A stretch of 63,552 nucleotides of DNA, counting the filler, from Octopus bimaculoides (Eukaryota), in assembly GCF_001194135.2 (NCBI RefSeq). It is 4 parts of 3 records of this genome, joined end to end, with 100 filler letters (N's around TTAATTAATTAA, not from the genome) between each part and the next. Parts side by side here need not be neighbours in the genome. Positions count along the whole stretch, not along the records: positions 31,218 to 55,715 come from NC_068981.1; positions 55,816 to 63,552 come from NC_068992.1; 2 more parts are not named here. One strand, 5' to 3'. Positions within the stretch are counted from its first letter, which is position 1. Each line of letters begins with the position of its first letter. The notes under the pieces are model-generated. The model worked only from the letters and a program-made list of their open reading frames with translations. It did not search any database and was not told where the DNA came from. The translations under genes and the position numbers were made by a program. This document shows, piece after piece, positions 48,245 to 62,537 of the stretch.

Positions 48245-50744
48245 CGCATAGACACACACACACACAGACGTACATTCACACATCCGCTATTTCGTTAAGT
48301 TTCATACAGTTTTCATCTTAAAACACATTGGACGATAAAGACTACAATGCATTAGGCCTGACAGTGTTACATTGGATAATGTATTCCTTGACACACTACT
48401 CCGGAAATATGCTGGAATGGTCATGTTTTGACCATGGTCATCTTTAATCATAGTAATCTTTAATCATGGTCATCTTTAACCATAGGCCTCGTTTATAAAC
48501 GCCGTCTTGGATGTAAGCAACAACAATTTTGAGGAAATATAAATGTTTTCGATTTAGTTTGAACTCTTTGCCATCAAATTTGATTGCAAAGAATTCAAAT
48601 TTGATGGCAAAGAATCCAAACTAGATTGAAAACATCTATATTTAAACTGAAATTGTGATTGCATTCATCATACAAATAACCTGTATTATTCCGGAGTGCA
48701 ACTCGGAGCGTTTGGCCACGTTGCTCGATTTTTTGAGCTAGACACTGCTTACTGTGTTCTTATCACTGAGGATCCGGCTGGATTAATGGTTCGTGTTGGT
48801 CGACCACACTTGGTCACAGCAGATGAGGTATCTCGTGGAGATGGGGTTTGATTGAGACTGGGACTCTGATTGACAGTTCGCCTGAGAGGACCCAGGAATA
48901 AACCGACAAATGGTGAATGCAGCAACTCGCTGCCGCGACGTTGGATCCCACACCTCACCTGACTTGTGATTGCATTCATACTTATACATCTACATCACAA
49001 AGTGAGGGCTCTCATTTCATACGGGGTCCACATTTTTCTATATCATCCTATCATCAAAAATGTTCAAGCTTTATTTCGCTTGCTGCGTCTGGGAGAAGGA
49101 ACAGAACTGAAATGTTTTGCTGGCCCTCGATGATTTATTGATGCTGTCAATTTTGCTCTTAAACTTTTAGTTACCATCAGATTTAAAAACAGGAGGCAGC
49201 AGGGAATTCTAGAAGGTCAACGTTCTGAGAAGAATGGAGTCTGTATAGGGATCTGTGAAGCGGCTGGGTGTTTGAGAACAACAGGGATGATAAGAGAAGG
49301 AGAGAGAAGTGGATTATGCTTAAATGGTGGTGGCATACACCCAGCCAGCAGCAAGGACTAGTGACTATTATAGAAGTGGGAGAAAACGTAGAAAGAGATT
49401 GTTCATGCCCGTGGCTGAGAATCTGAAGCATTCTGTGACTCTATGCTTTTTAGTCGGATGGCTTTTCTCTGGATAGGACCTGAAGGGTCCCTATGTGCTG
49501 TAGCTGGACCGTTACCATTGTAAGCCTCACTTAAACTTTGTAGAGTATCAGTAATTTTTGGGGTATAACGCATCTTGTTGTCCTTCTCTTTAGGATCAAT
49601 CTTTGGGTTACGGTCCCAGTTCCGATAAAGATGGGGTTTCACCTGCATAGATACTATGCAATTGTAAAACTCAACAACTGAGAGCTCTGGAAGCTGCATA
49701 TGTTTAAGTGATGCGATGATGGACTTTTGTTACAGTATTGCTACTGTAAAACAAGATTGGTATAACCATTTTGGATAACGCAACCGGTTAAAAATAATTA
49801 TTTGTACACAAAGGACCATGTCAGCGAGGGAACCTTTATACTATTCCTAGATCTGCGAGGAATCCTGGCAAAACGTCTCTCAAACAACACTGTGATATCA
49901 AAATAAAGAAGTCGAAGTTAGATGATGTAGTTCTCTAAGCACTGTGTCTGTAAACAAACTATGGGGTTGCCATGGCTGGACTGTCTCAGGCCATACACCC
50001 AAAAGACCACGACTGACCCAGGGCTAAACAAAAAAAGACGGTTGTTTCACCTATCGACACCTCTGTCGTTCTCATAAAAGAACTTTTGCATGGTCGTTTG
50101 AACTGCTAAAGAGAGCAATGAAATATCACTCAAATCTTAAAAAGAGAAAAAAAGAAAGAGAAAAGTAAGCTCGGAATCGCTAATGCAGTCCAAGACTATG
50201 TCAAAAGGATTGACAGGTCACGGCTGGAAAGTCTTTAATGAAAATAGCTGCTAAATCAAGTTTATCACGAAGCTAAACAACAACAACAACAACAACAACA
50301 CCATTCGCCTTCCTTCTTCCTCATTACAGCTGAGATCTTTGTATCGGCGGCGGCGGCGGCTGACAAATGATTGCAGTTGCCATTAGCCATTTTTGAGTTT
50401 TGTTCGGACAAATGATGAGAAACATTATACAGTGTTTCCTATCAGGAATCTCAACATCATCGTCTCACCATTTTGTAAACCGTTTCCGCATTCACCAAAT
50501 TCCGCCCCCACCTTACTTACTTCCTTTGATCTCTTATCCACCTTCCCTTCGCCATCTTCTTTGTCATTCTCCTGTAATCATTTTTGCATATTTCTGTTTT
50601 AAATATTTGTTTTGTATTTTTTTTTGCGTTATTTTACATTCTTTTCTTTTCTTTTCTTTCGATTTATCGAAATATTCACATTTTCTATCTTTTGTCTTTC
50701 TTTTACCGTATTTTAGCCTTTTCTTGACAAGCAACAAACAACTG

Positions 50745-51346
50745 GCACTCCGTCGGTCACGACGGGGAGTGTTCCCGTCGCTCCGGTCAATTGAATAGCC
50801 TGTGAAATTAATGTACAAGTGGCTGAGCACTCCACAGACGCACGTCCCTTGTATCTAGTTCTCAAAGAGATTCCACGTGACAGAATGTAACAAGGCTGGC
50901 CCCCATTGAATTACAGGTACAACTCATTTTTGCCAGCTGAGTAGATTGGAGCAACGTGAAATAAAGTGTCTTGCTCAAGGACGCAACCGCCGTCGGGAGA
51001 GCCGAATGCCCTAACCACTACGCTACGTGCCTTCACAGACTACCAGCAATAAAACCCAGCAACCCACACCAACGACGACAGGACCAACAATACCACTACC
51101 AACAATACCACTACCAACAATACCACTACACTATTTCAGTATCACGTGGACGAAAAGTCCATCCTTGCAAATGCCGACATAACCGATACGACTGTCACTT
51201 TATTTCATGTTGCTCCAATCCACTGAGCTGGCAAAAATGAGTTGTACCTGTAATTCAAAGGGGGCCAGCCTTGTCACATTCTGTGTCACGCTGAAACTCT
51301 CTGAGAACTAGGAACAGGGTACGCGGGTCTGTGGCGTACTCAGCCC
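50745..51346. mobile_element. Two family C SINE copies in inverted orientation (50745-51030 minus; 51196-51346 plus)
   Basis: 50821-50968 is the reverse complement of 51196-51346. Confidence 0.85.
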
Positions 51347-51439
51347 CACTGCCATCATTCCCTTCATCACCATCACCAAAACCATCCTCTCAATTGCTGC
51401 AACAAATACATCACTCCTTCATAAACCCACCATCGACGG

Positions 51440-51505
<66 letters not shown>

Positions 51506-51530
51506 ACTACTACTGCTACTTCTACTACTG

Positions 51531-51586
<56 letters not shown>

Positions 51587-51616
51587 ACTACTNNNNNNNN
51601 NNCACCAACACTGCTA

Positions 51617-51651
<35 letters not shown>

Positions 51652-51727
51652 ACTACTACTGCTACTTCTACTACTGCTACTACTACAACTACTACTACTG
51701 CTACTGCTGTTGCTGCTGCTGCATCTT

Positions 51728-51771
<44 letters not shown>

Positions 51772-52458
51772 GCTACAGTTACATAATCACCGACAACAGT
51801 TGGTGTTGCTGTTAATCGGTGTGACCGATTCTATTTTGAAGTCAGAATGTTATGGAAACGTGGTTCATCCAGATATTGACTGGCATTCGGAGTTTTCTTT
51901 CGTCAGTCGAGTTCCTGATCATCTTTGCAGTTTTGGCTGGTTATACTCGAGACTGCTTCAATCTGGAGAAAGCTAACCTAAGAGCATTAGATTCCTTGGA
52001 AGAAAGCAGCGAATGTATACGAAAACAAGGACGGAAAAACGGAGAAATGGTTCACAAATACAAATGCAAACAACAGAACATTAACAACAGGTGTCTTTTG
52101 ACTAAGGACGAATTAAATCAAGCTGGCGTGTGCGGAAATGAAGCCTTGCGGTTGGGACATAAGGGATGACAGGCATGGGAAGGAATATGATGTTGCACGG
52201 AAAGGTCAGGCTTGGCGGAACACCGGTCACGTAGAAGGAGAGGAGAGAGAGGTAGAGGCAGAGGGATAGAAAAATTAGGGAGGGACGAGTAAAAATGGAC
52301 AGGGTATAGTGAAAGAGGAGGGAAGTTGAGAATGAAGGGAAGGACAAGAAATGTGAGAGAGGGGTAGCGAAAGAAAGAAGAGTGGAAAGAACGAAGTAAG
52401 TGTGAAGGGGCTGAAAGAAAGAATGAAAGAAGGAAAGAAGAGAGTCGTACAAAATTTA

Positions 52459-52507
<49 letters not shown>

Positions 52508-54085
52508 CTATATATATATATATATATATATGCATATGTGTGTATGTGTANNNNNNNNNNNNNNNNNNNNNNNNNNNNNNNNNNNNNNNNNNNNNNNNNN
52601 NNNNNNNNNNNNNNNNNNNNNNNNNNNNNNNNNNNNNNNNNNNNNNNNNNNNNNNNNNNNNNNNNNNNNNNNNNNNNNNNNNNNNNNNNNNNNNNNNNNN
52701 NNNNNNNNNNNNNNNNNNNNNNNNNNNNNNNNNNNNNNNNNNNNNNNNNNNNNNNNNNNNNNNNNNNNNNNNNNNNNNNNNNNNNNNNNNNNNNNNNNNN
52801 NNNNNNNNNNNNNNNNNNNNNNNNNNNNNNNNNNNNNNNNNNNNNNNNNNNNNNNNNNNNNNNNNNNNNNNNNNNNNNNNNNNNNNNNNNNNNNNNNNNN
52901 NNNNNNNNNNNNNNNNNNNNNNNNNNNNNNNNNNNNNNNNNNNNNNNNNNNNNNNNNNNNNNNNNNNNNNNNNNNNNNNNNNNNNNNNNNNNNNNNNNNN
53001 NNNNNNNNNNNNNNNNNNNNNNNNNNNNNNNNNNNNNNNNNNNNNNNNNNNNNNNNNNNNNNNNNNNNNTATATATACACATACATATACTGTTATTTTA
53101 CCTGGTAGTATATTTCCTTTATTTATAAAGGAAATATAATTTATAATTTATTTCCTAAATTTTGCGATGCTGTCCTTACGATTGTATAAGATGGTGGTTA
53201 TTCTGGTATCAACTTAAAATGAACATACACCAAAATCTAAACACAAAAAACACAATAAAATTCGAAGAAATAAATTTGAAGAATAAAAATGAAAAACAAA
53301 AACAAAAAAAAACACAGAAGAATTTAGAATGGAGCAGACATTTACATTTCTCATGACAGGTTATTATGTAAATGTGAAAAGTTGATGCAAAAAAATAAAT
53401 AAATAAGTAAATAAATTTAAATAAATAGAAGCAGCGAAAATAATAGCTGGAAAAACAAAAAAAGAACATGGGAATTGCTCATAAAAACACCTACTAAAAC
53501 TACTAGAACACACTACAAAACAAAATATACATAAATCTAAAGTTTTTAAAATTTTTGTTGTATAAAAACCAAAATTTTAAAACTCAACGAAGAAGCAACA
53601 CAAAGCGGAGAAAGAAAGCTAATTTGCATGATGTAACCGCCATGTTGATCACGTGGGAGAAGCAAGAAGTTTGGTAGAGTTCGCCGGAGGTGCTAAATTC
53701 TTTTCAATACAAATTAGCACTGCATCGTGTTTTTTTTTCTTTTACGTTTGTTTTTCAGCATGTATTTTGCAATAGTCTTTCAGGAATATCTTATCTCCAA
53801 CATATGCACCCGTGCATTTGTATGTGCAGCCAACTGTGTATGCATACCTTTTTGCATATCACATCGTGTTGTAATCTGTGGGTGATGGAGGGAGCGTCGA
53901 AAACTGTCTATGAGAATATGCAATATACATATCACATGAGTGTATGAATATGTGAGTGTAAATATATATGCACACACACATATATACATGTGTGAGTGTG
54001 CGTGTGAGAGAGAGTTTGAGCATTTATATATATCGGTTATACACACGCGTATGTGAATTTACATATCTACATATGTATATATGTA

Positions 54086-54175
<90 letters not shown>

Positions 54176-54373
54176 ATATCAACTACATATATATATCTAT
54201 GTAAGTATGTATGTATGTATGCATGTATGCATGTATGTATGTATGTATGTATGTATGTATGTATGAAAATATATATGTTTATATACCATTTACACAGGGG
54301 TCTCTATACACACCATAAGCATCCAAATACGCACAAGTATGTACACCGGCGCACGTCAGCTCATGTCTATCTC

Positions 54374-54413
<40 letters not shown>

Positions 54414-54555
54414 CATATATATATAAATGTATATTTGAGTATATGTCCATATATGTGTGTGTGTGTATTTGTATATGCATGTGTCATTGTATATGTATAT
54501 CTTTGTTTAATACAATGTCAATTAATGGCAATAGCAACAAAATAATGTATACACT

Positions 54556-54645
<90 letters not shown>

Positions 54646-54663
54646 TATATATACTTACATTTT

Positions 54664-54706
<43 letters not shown>

Positions 54707-54970
54707 GTATATATTATATGTGTGACTATGTATATGTATATGTGTACACACACACACATATACACATGCATATGTATGTGTGCATATGCTTGCTTGCATA
54801 TTCATGTGTATGTATATCTATCTACTATATGATACATCCGCGTCTCTGCGTGTTGATGTGTTTGTGTTTGTGAAATTTTAAACTTGTATAATTTCGATTC
54901 GGTGTGTGTTTATATAAATTTGAATTATTACATACACAGGAACAAATAAACAACTTGTGTGTGCATATAC

Positions 54971-55044
<74 letters not shown>

Positions 55045-55141
55045 NNNNNNNNNNNNNNNNNNNNNNNNNNNNNNNNNNNNNNNNNNNNNNNNNNNNNNNN
55101 NNNNNNNNNNNNNNNNNNNNNNNNNNNNNNNNNNNNNNNNN

Positions 55142-55184
<43 letters not shown>

Positions 55185-55680
55185 TCGTTGTATTTCGGGA
55201 TGGTCATTTTCCGTATTTTTTGCCAAATAAACACCCGCACTGTATGTTCGTTCTTCACTCGTTTATTGCTGCTCTTATTTTAACTCATGTCCATTGTCAT
55301 GCATGCAACTTTGCAACACAAACAAATTCATAAACGTGTGTGTATAATGTGATGTTATCTAACGTATGTTTGTTCCCAAACAACACTTATTTTAGTGCTG
55401 TTCGCTCCGCCGGATTGAATGGTACTGCACAGGTGTCAAAACCATAGTGATATATCTGTGGGGAAGCTGATGATGGAGGTATGTTGGATTGCTGGTATGT
55501 CTGTTATTGTATGTGTGTAATAGCTTTATAACATCAATTTGAAACCGTCGTACTGCATCACTATTTGATATCCTGAGGCTTATTTTGATTTTATTCACCT
55601 TACTTGGAGCTGTGCGGATAATACCAGACTGACTTGGTGCTTCAACTTAAGGACTTAATTCAACTGAATCTCAATTATTT

Positions 55681-55715
<35 letters not shown>

Positions 55716-55815
55716 NNNNNNNNNNNNNNNNNNNNNNNNNNNNNNNNNNNNNNNNNNNNTTAATTAATTAANNNNNNNNNNNNNNNNNNNNNNNNNNNNN
55801 NNNNNNNNNNNNNNN

Positions 55816-55851
<36 letters not shown>

Positions 55852-55879
55852 GTGTGTATTATTGACATTGTTTCGATAC

Positions 55880-57335
55880 CACTATGTACCTACATAGCCT
55901 GTTTCATTCAGGATGTCATGGTCTTTCTGTCCCATGTTCCTAAAACAACAGAAACAAATTCACTTCCACTGCATTTTGATGCAGTAAGCCATTACACCAA
56001 TATTCCACATGATTTAGGAATAAAGGCGATTAAATACTGGGTAGAAAACCATACAGAATTGATTCCCAACAGATTCACTGTCACATTTATATTAGACACA
56101 GTCAGGCTTATTCTGGAAAACAGCACATTTTTCTTCAATGGTAGGAATTACATCTAGATTAAAGGCACAGCGGTGGGAATGAGGTTTGCTCCCTTTTACG
56201 CGAACTCTGTAAAGGGATATATAGAACAACAACTCTACCAAGAAGTACAGGAAAGCTATAGTACTCAATTTAGTAAGTATATTGAAAAAGAATGGACGAG
56301 ATACCTTGACGATTGTTTCATAATCCTGACGGAATCTCTAAATGCTCTGGAAGAGTTCAATTTCCTACAGAACAACTTGAACCCATTTCATTAATTTACA
56401 AAGGAGGTAAATGGAACTAAATTACCATTCCCAGATTTAAAATAATGGTAATTAAAAAGTATACCACTATTACTACAGACATATACTATAAATATACGGA
56501 CACACACCGATACCTAAATTTTAGGTCGTGCCATTGACAACATACAAACACACCATCCCATACGGCCTAGCCAGAAGAATTTGTACCATTGCAGATGGGA
56601 ACATCAAGAACAAAAACGTAACAGAACTAATAGATTTTTTGCTCAAATAAAGAAAACTCGTGCCTACTTATAGAATATGGAATGCAGCGGGCTATAAAAA
56701 TACCCATACAACAACTGGCGACAACCCGACGAAGAGGAAAAGAAGTCATACGATTTATAGTGACACACAATCCCTGTCACCAGAATAAATTCAACATTGC
56801 CAAAGCAAACCGACCAATCATTGCTCAAAGTAATGAAGTAAAAGATATAATCACAGATCGAACTATGGTTCTTAGTAAAAGACAGCCTAAAATCTTTAAA
56901 AAATTATTAACGAAAGCAAAGTTTGACGTTAGTTACAAAGACCAATCATTCATTGTATCTAAATGCAATGATAGCCGATGTGACACATGTTAATTCATAT
57001 ATAGAGGCCAATATATGAACACAAAACCGGGAAAATATTCACAAACGCAATTATGACCTGCAAATGTAGAAATTTCATTTACTGCATCAAATACCCGAAT
57101 TATAAAGAGCTAAATGCGCATCAGACTGGAAATGCACTATCAGAACGTTCACGTATGTACCGACAGCAAATTAGAGACCCAGATGTCGGTCAGATACCTT
57201 TGAGTAACCATCTGGCAACATGCGGTCGGAAAATATTTATATTTTTTTATTCTACAATCTACATAGTGCAAGTGAAATCGAGAGAAAAATCAGAGAAAAA
57301 ACTTTTATTAATAAATTCCAACCTAAATAAACAAT
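55880..57335 (+). mobile_element. Decayed Penelope-like element (Neptune-type): RT, Cys-rich linker and GIY-YIG endonuclease
   Basis: FDAVSHYTNIPHDLG; KGTAVGMRFAPFYAN; WTRYLDDCF; DIYYKYTDTHRYLNFRSCH; KRQPKIFKKLLTKAK; CNDSRCDTC; TCKCRNFIYCI…QTGNALSERSRMYRQQI…HL. Multiple stops and frameshifts. Confidence 0.92.
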
Positions 57336-57689
57336 AATAATATAACTTAGAACTTCGATTTCTACTACTACGACCACTACCTCTTACAGCAACAACAATA
57401 CTAAAAGTTCTCATGATGAGGATAGCAGGAAAATACAAGCTAAATCAAGAGAAAAGTCAGCAAAAATAAACTTATGGTTTAAAGTTTTATAACCACAGCT
57501 ACTCTGACCACCACCACCACCACCAACAACAACAACGATGACAACAATAATAAAGGTGATGATAATTGTGATACTGATAACTGAAATATAAAATCCTTGG
57601 GAATAGTTCATGTTGTTATTCTGATTATAGAGGCAGGGCATAGCGATTTCGAAATATCTCGATTTTTACAAGTTGCCAGATCTTTTGTC

Positions 57690-58640
57690 TGCAAAGTTTG
57701 AAGGAACGAAAGACTGAAGATGGAAACATATCACCAGTATCAAAGCATAAAAGAGAACATTCTAAATGCTTTGAAATCATCAGAACACCTGAATATATCT
57801 TCCGAGTTCAACAAACCATTGATTACAATCCCAGAAAGTCCATGAGGCCAATTGCAAAAGATACCCATGTGTCAGACATTACAGTCAGAAATGTTGCCCA
57901 CGAAGACATCCGATATAAGTCTTATATGATGAGGAAAGGTCAATGTGTCAGGAAAAGCAAGAGAAAATCACTATATCTTATCTAAAAGGCTCTGAAACTA
58001 ACTAAAAATTCCAGCAGAAGATTTGATTTGGTTTTTACTTAAACAAGAAAAAACGTCAACCAAAATCAAAAATTTAACAGAAGAATAGACAGATGGTCAT
58101 GTGCAGACCCTTCTGAAGTTCCAAACCTTATGCATAAAATTTCCTGGAACTGTCATGGCTTTAGTGCTAGTCTGCAATGAAGGACATGTGATGCCTACTT
58201 ACTTTTTTCCAAAAGGTCTTAGAGTTAACACTGCCGCCACATTGAGGTCCTGGAAATAGTTGTTAAGCCTTGGATAGACAGTGAATGAAATGGAAGGCCA
58301 TATCTGTTTCTGTAAGACTCTGCACTCTCGCACATAGCTGTAGTAGTTACACAGGAATGGATGGCTGACAATCTTCATGATCGCGTAAGCCCTTACACTT
58401 GGCCTTCTAATTCCTCAGATCTCAATCTATTTGACTATTACATGCAGAGCGTTGTTGAGAGAGGGGTCAATGATCACGCCCATAACACCAAAGATTCTTT
58501 GAAAGCTGTCATAGTCAGAGTAACGTTCAGAATAAACCAGGACCGCTATGTAGATAATTTAGATCTTGTATAAAAGCAGTTGCTGAAGTTGAAAGTGGCT
58601 TTATTGAATAACGTTATAGAAAAGAATGTTTATCTTTATC
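57690..58640 (+). mobile_element. Decayed Tc1/mariner transposase, maT/DD37D-like
   Basis: NPRKSMRPIAKD…VRNVAHEDIRYKSY HTH region; FPGTVMAL…GHVMP.YFFPKGLRVN; WPSNSSDLNLFDYY (WPPxSPDLNPxDY motif). TIRs not identified. Confidence 0.85.
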
Positions 58641-60054
58641 TTCATAGAATGTTTTGAAAAATAAAGTTATTATATGTTGCAATCAGTTTGAACATACACC
58701 ATATTTCCTGGAAATGCTGGACTTTAATTTACCGTCAGAGAAACCCATTTTGGTCAGATATGCTGCATTCACCTAACGTATGAAGCCAAGACAACTGTCG
58801 CACTTCTTTGAATAATAAGACTTAACAGCAAGCATTATAAAGGCGGAAACTCCAAAAAATTGACGATTAATTCCCGTGTTAGGTATAAGATCCTGCCGTA
58901 GATGGAGTAAAGTTTTCTTAAATGAGGCAACTATGCGCATGCACTTCTGGAAAGTGTTTTAGCGAATATATTCTTCATGCAGTCACAATAACCTGCTGCG
59001 CCCGCACGTGCCGCCGCCTGCAAGAAATGAATTACTAAAAAATATCTACGTATTGGTCTTTCTAAAAACATTATGGTACTAGTGTGCCATAAATATTTGA
59101 AGTGGAATATACATTATCAACATATCACTCATTTTATGTATGTGTGCGTGCTTGCGTTTTTGTATACACGGATTATTACATACACTCATGCGCATATATA
59201 CATGTCAATGTGTGTGTGTGTGTGTGAGAGTGTGTGTGCTGTGAGAATTACAAGCAAGAAGTTCTAAACGTAATCAGCAACGGGGTTGGGGTATTCTTTT
59301 AGGTTTATTCTTATCAACAGACTGCATACAGAGTTCTTTCTCGGCGATTTTTCGTTGAGAATAAATAGACGAGAGTGTGATGGTTTCAGTAGACTCTTGG
59401 TGTAATAAAAATAAAAGAAAAACGTACATAAAGGAGTGGTTGGGGAGAGAGCAGAGGCTGTTAATTATGTTGCTACGCCCGTTGACCATTGGATTTAAAT
59501 TGTGTGGCATTTCATATGGATTTACGCTTTGTATTTAAATTACTATATGATAGAAATTACCTTTCATCCTTTCCGAGTACATAACTAAGTACTGATTGAG
59601 TATTAGGTCGATGTAATCGACTCCCCAAAAATTTCCGGCCTTGTGCATACAGTAGAAAGTGTTATTATACGTGCGTATATCTGTGTATCTATATTATTTT
59701 GCGACATTGTCATTTAAGCAACTTCATAAGCTTCATTTCAGTGTTAATCAGTTTTAGTACACCAATAATTAAATACGCAAACGAAAAATATAAAGCAAAA
59801 CAATAACACCAAATATTTTACTTTCATTAAAGTAATAGTAATTTTTCATCTGTTTATATTCCTAATCAAGAAATGCAGAGTCCTTTCGTTATTTATTGCT
59901 TATTTCGCTGTCCCTGTTACTTAACTTTTGTATTAATTCATTCTGTGTTGTCTGTGTTTTCATTAACTTCGCAGTGATTAACAAAATTTCAGAATTAGTT
60001 TCTGAAAACTAGATATATGAACATATACTGGGTTTTGCCTAAAATATATTCACA

Positions 60055-62105
60055 CCCTTAACTGAGGAATAATACCAGATTGGATTACTAGCAGGAGAAC
60101 AATAGACATTATGGAAGATAAGGGCAAGGGTAGTACACCTAGCAACTATGGACTAATCGCTTGCGTACCATTAATGTGGAAACTGTTAACGGGAATGCTT
60201 TCTGAAAGAATTTACGAGCACCTTAACGACCAGAACTTATTAACAGAAGAACAGAAAGTTTGCAGGAAGAAGGATACATGAACGCATGATGTATTATATG
60301 TAGTCAAAGTAGTTCTAAATGAAGTAAAAACTATAAAGAAAAATCTAACAATAGCATGGATAAACTATAGGCAATCATATGGAATTAATTAGCTTTAGCA
60401 TGAAAAAATAGAAGGTAGATCTCTATTCAGGTGACACACTCTTAATGAAAGTTAATGTCAAAGGAGGAATTTTCCAGGGGGCTTCTTTGTCCCCTTTAAT
60501 ATTTGTCTTATGTTTGATCAGAGTTTAGTTTTAAGGAAGGCAAAAGCAGAGTATCAGTTGAGAAATAGTAATGGAAAAATTAACCATTTGCTCTGCATGA
60601 ATGATCTGAAGCGTTTTAGTACGAATGAAAAAGAGATAGATTCCTTAATACAAACTGTAAGACACTTCATCAAAGTTACAGGCATGGAATTTGGTATAGA
60701 TAAGTGTGAAATATTAATGGTGAGAAGGTGGACATGTAGTCAACAGTGAAGGCATCCAATTACTAGATGGCCAGACGTTAAAATCATTGAAAGGGGAGAG
60801 AGGTATAAGTATCTAGGAGTATTAGTATCTAAAAAAGTACTAACTACAGAAATGTTAACAAAAATTGACGAGGAGTACAGTAGAAGGGTGAGGAATCTAA
60901 TGCAGTCAAAGCTAACTGGTCTGACTCTAGCGAAAGCTGTAAATATTTGGGCAATATCATTACTTAGATATTCAGTACCTTTTGTAGACAGGACAAACAC
61001 TGAATTAGCAAAGCTAGACAAAAGAACTAGGAAAGAAATCAATATGAATGGAGGACTCCACATAAGGGTAGCTGTAGCAAGGTTATACCTACATAGAAAG
61101 GAAGGTGAAAGAGGGTTAATATTAGTGGAAGACTTTGGGAAGCTAGCTAGAGTAGATATTGACTCCTATGTAGTTAATAGTGAAGAAAGTTTATTAAAAA
61201 CTGCTAAAGTCACAGCAAGACATAGGGAAACCAGAACACGAAACACACTTAAAAACCAGAAATAAAGAACAGAAATTATCTGACTGGCGGGAGAAGGCGT
61301 TGCATGGTAGATAGCTTTAGCAAATAGTAGTAGTGAGACATGGTTATGCAGAACGGGCAGCTGAAGAGGGAGACAGAAAGTTTGTTACTAGATGCACAAG
61401 ACCAAGCATTAAGGACTAATTGGATAAAAACCAAGATACACAAAACCAAGTCGATTCTCAATGTAGATTATGCAAATTGAACGAGGAAAGCATTATTCAT
61501 ATTAGTAAGTAAATGTAGCTAACACAGATATAATACCAGACAAGACAGGAAAAACTAGGGAGAGCAATCAACAGGGAGCTATATAGAAAGTTAATGTTTG
61601 AGCGTACTGATAAATGGTACGAACATGAACCTAGTAAATCACTAGAAAGTAAGAAATACAAGATGTTGTGGGACTTTAAAAATCAGACTGACAAAGTAGT
61701 AGAAGCTAGTATGCCTGATTTAGTAGTAGTAGATAAAGAGGACAGAAAGTGCCAGATTATTGATTTTACAGTCTCAAATGATGAAAAAATTAATATGAGA
61801 AGTATAGAGAAAATAGCAAAGAACAAGGATCTAGCCATTGAATTACAGAGACTATGGAAAGTGCGGATAAAACGTATCTTACGGGGAACTATTCCTAAAG
61901 ATCTGAAAAGATGGATAGACGAAATAGGCATAAAATCCAGCTTAGTACAGTGTTATTAGGGACAGATAGGATACCTAGGAGGGTTCTTGATATCTAAGGT
62001 TAATTGCTGTAACCCAATAGGAGGGTTCTTGGCATCCAAGGCTACTTGTTGTAGCCTATGTTAGGATTCTTTTCTTCTCTAACACTTTAATTTGGTGAGT
62101 GTGTA

Positions 62106-62107
<2 letters not shown>
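60055..62107 (+). mobile_element. 5'-truncated R4/Dong-clade non-LTR retrotransposon (RT, CCHC zinc knuckle, RLE), followed by (TAA)n
   Basis: PSNY.LIAC.PLMWKLLTG; GIFQG.SLSPL.F; INHLL.M.DLK; GMEFGIDKC; RLYL.RKEG.RGL; CRLCK…ESI.HI; MLWDF..QTD…PDLVVVDK…IIDF…EK. Confidence 0.95.
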
Positions 62108-62173
<66 letters not shown>

Positions 62174-62175
<2 letters not shown>

Positions 62176-62537
62176 GATGCTAGTTCATATATATAGCATG
62201 TCCAGCTGACACAGAAGTATGCGATAAGGAAGAGAGAATAGTCGATAGATATCACAAGTTAGCTTGGGAGGTTAAGCACGTGTGGTCGCTGAAAAGGTGG
62301 TAGTAGTACCAATAATTCCCGGAGCCCTGGGAAGCGTGAGTAAAAATCTTGAGAAGTACATGGAACCAATAGGGGCAGCAACAATGGTGGAGCACTTACA
62401 GAAAACAGCACTACTTGGACCGCTCGAATATTCCGGATGGTGCTCGAGAAATAGGAGGAGTTACCTTAGTTCACTGGTAGTGAACAGCTGACACCGTAGT
62501 ATATCCCTAGCGTTAGAAGCTGTGTGCGAAGACAATA
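62174..62537 (+). mobile_element. 3' end of a second, distinct R4/Dong-like family, followed by (GAA)n
   Basis: CPADTEVCDKEERIVDRYHKLAWEV…VVVVPIIPGALGSVSKNLEKY…HLQKTALLG, with frameshifts; (AAG)n from 62538. Confidence 0.85.

Noticed and set aside
48749-49699. Several 70-100 aa minus-strand ORFs in more GC-rich sequence
   Set aside because: No motif recognised and frames do not join; probably old TE-derived or neutral sequence.
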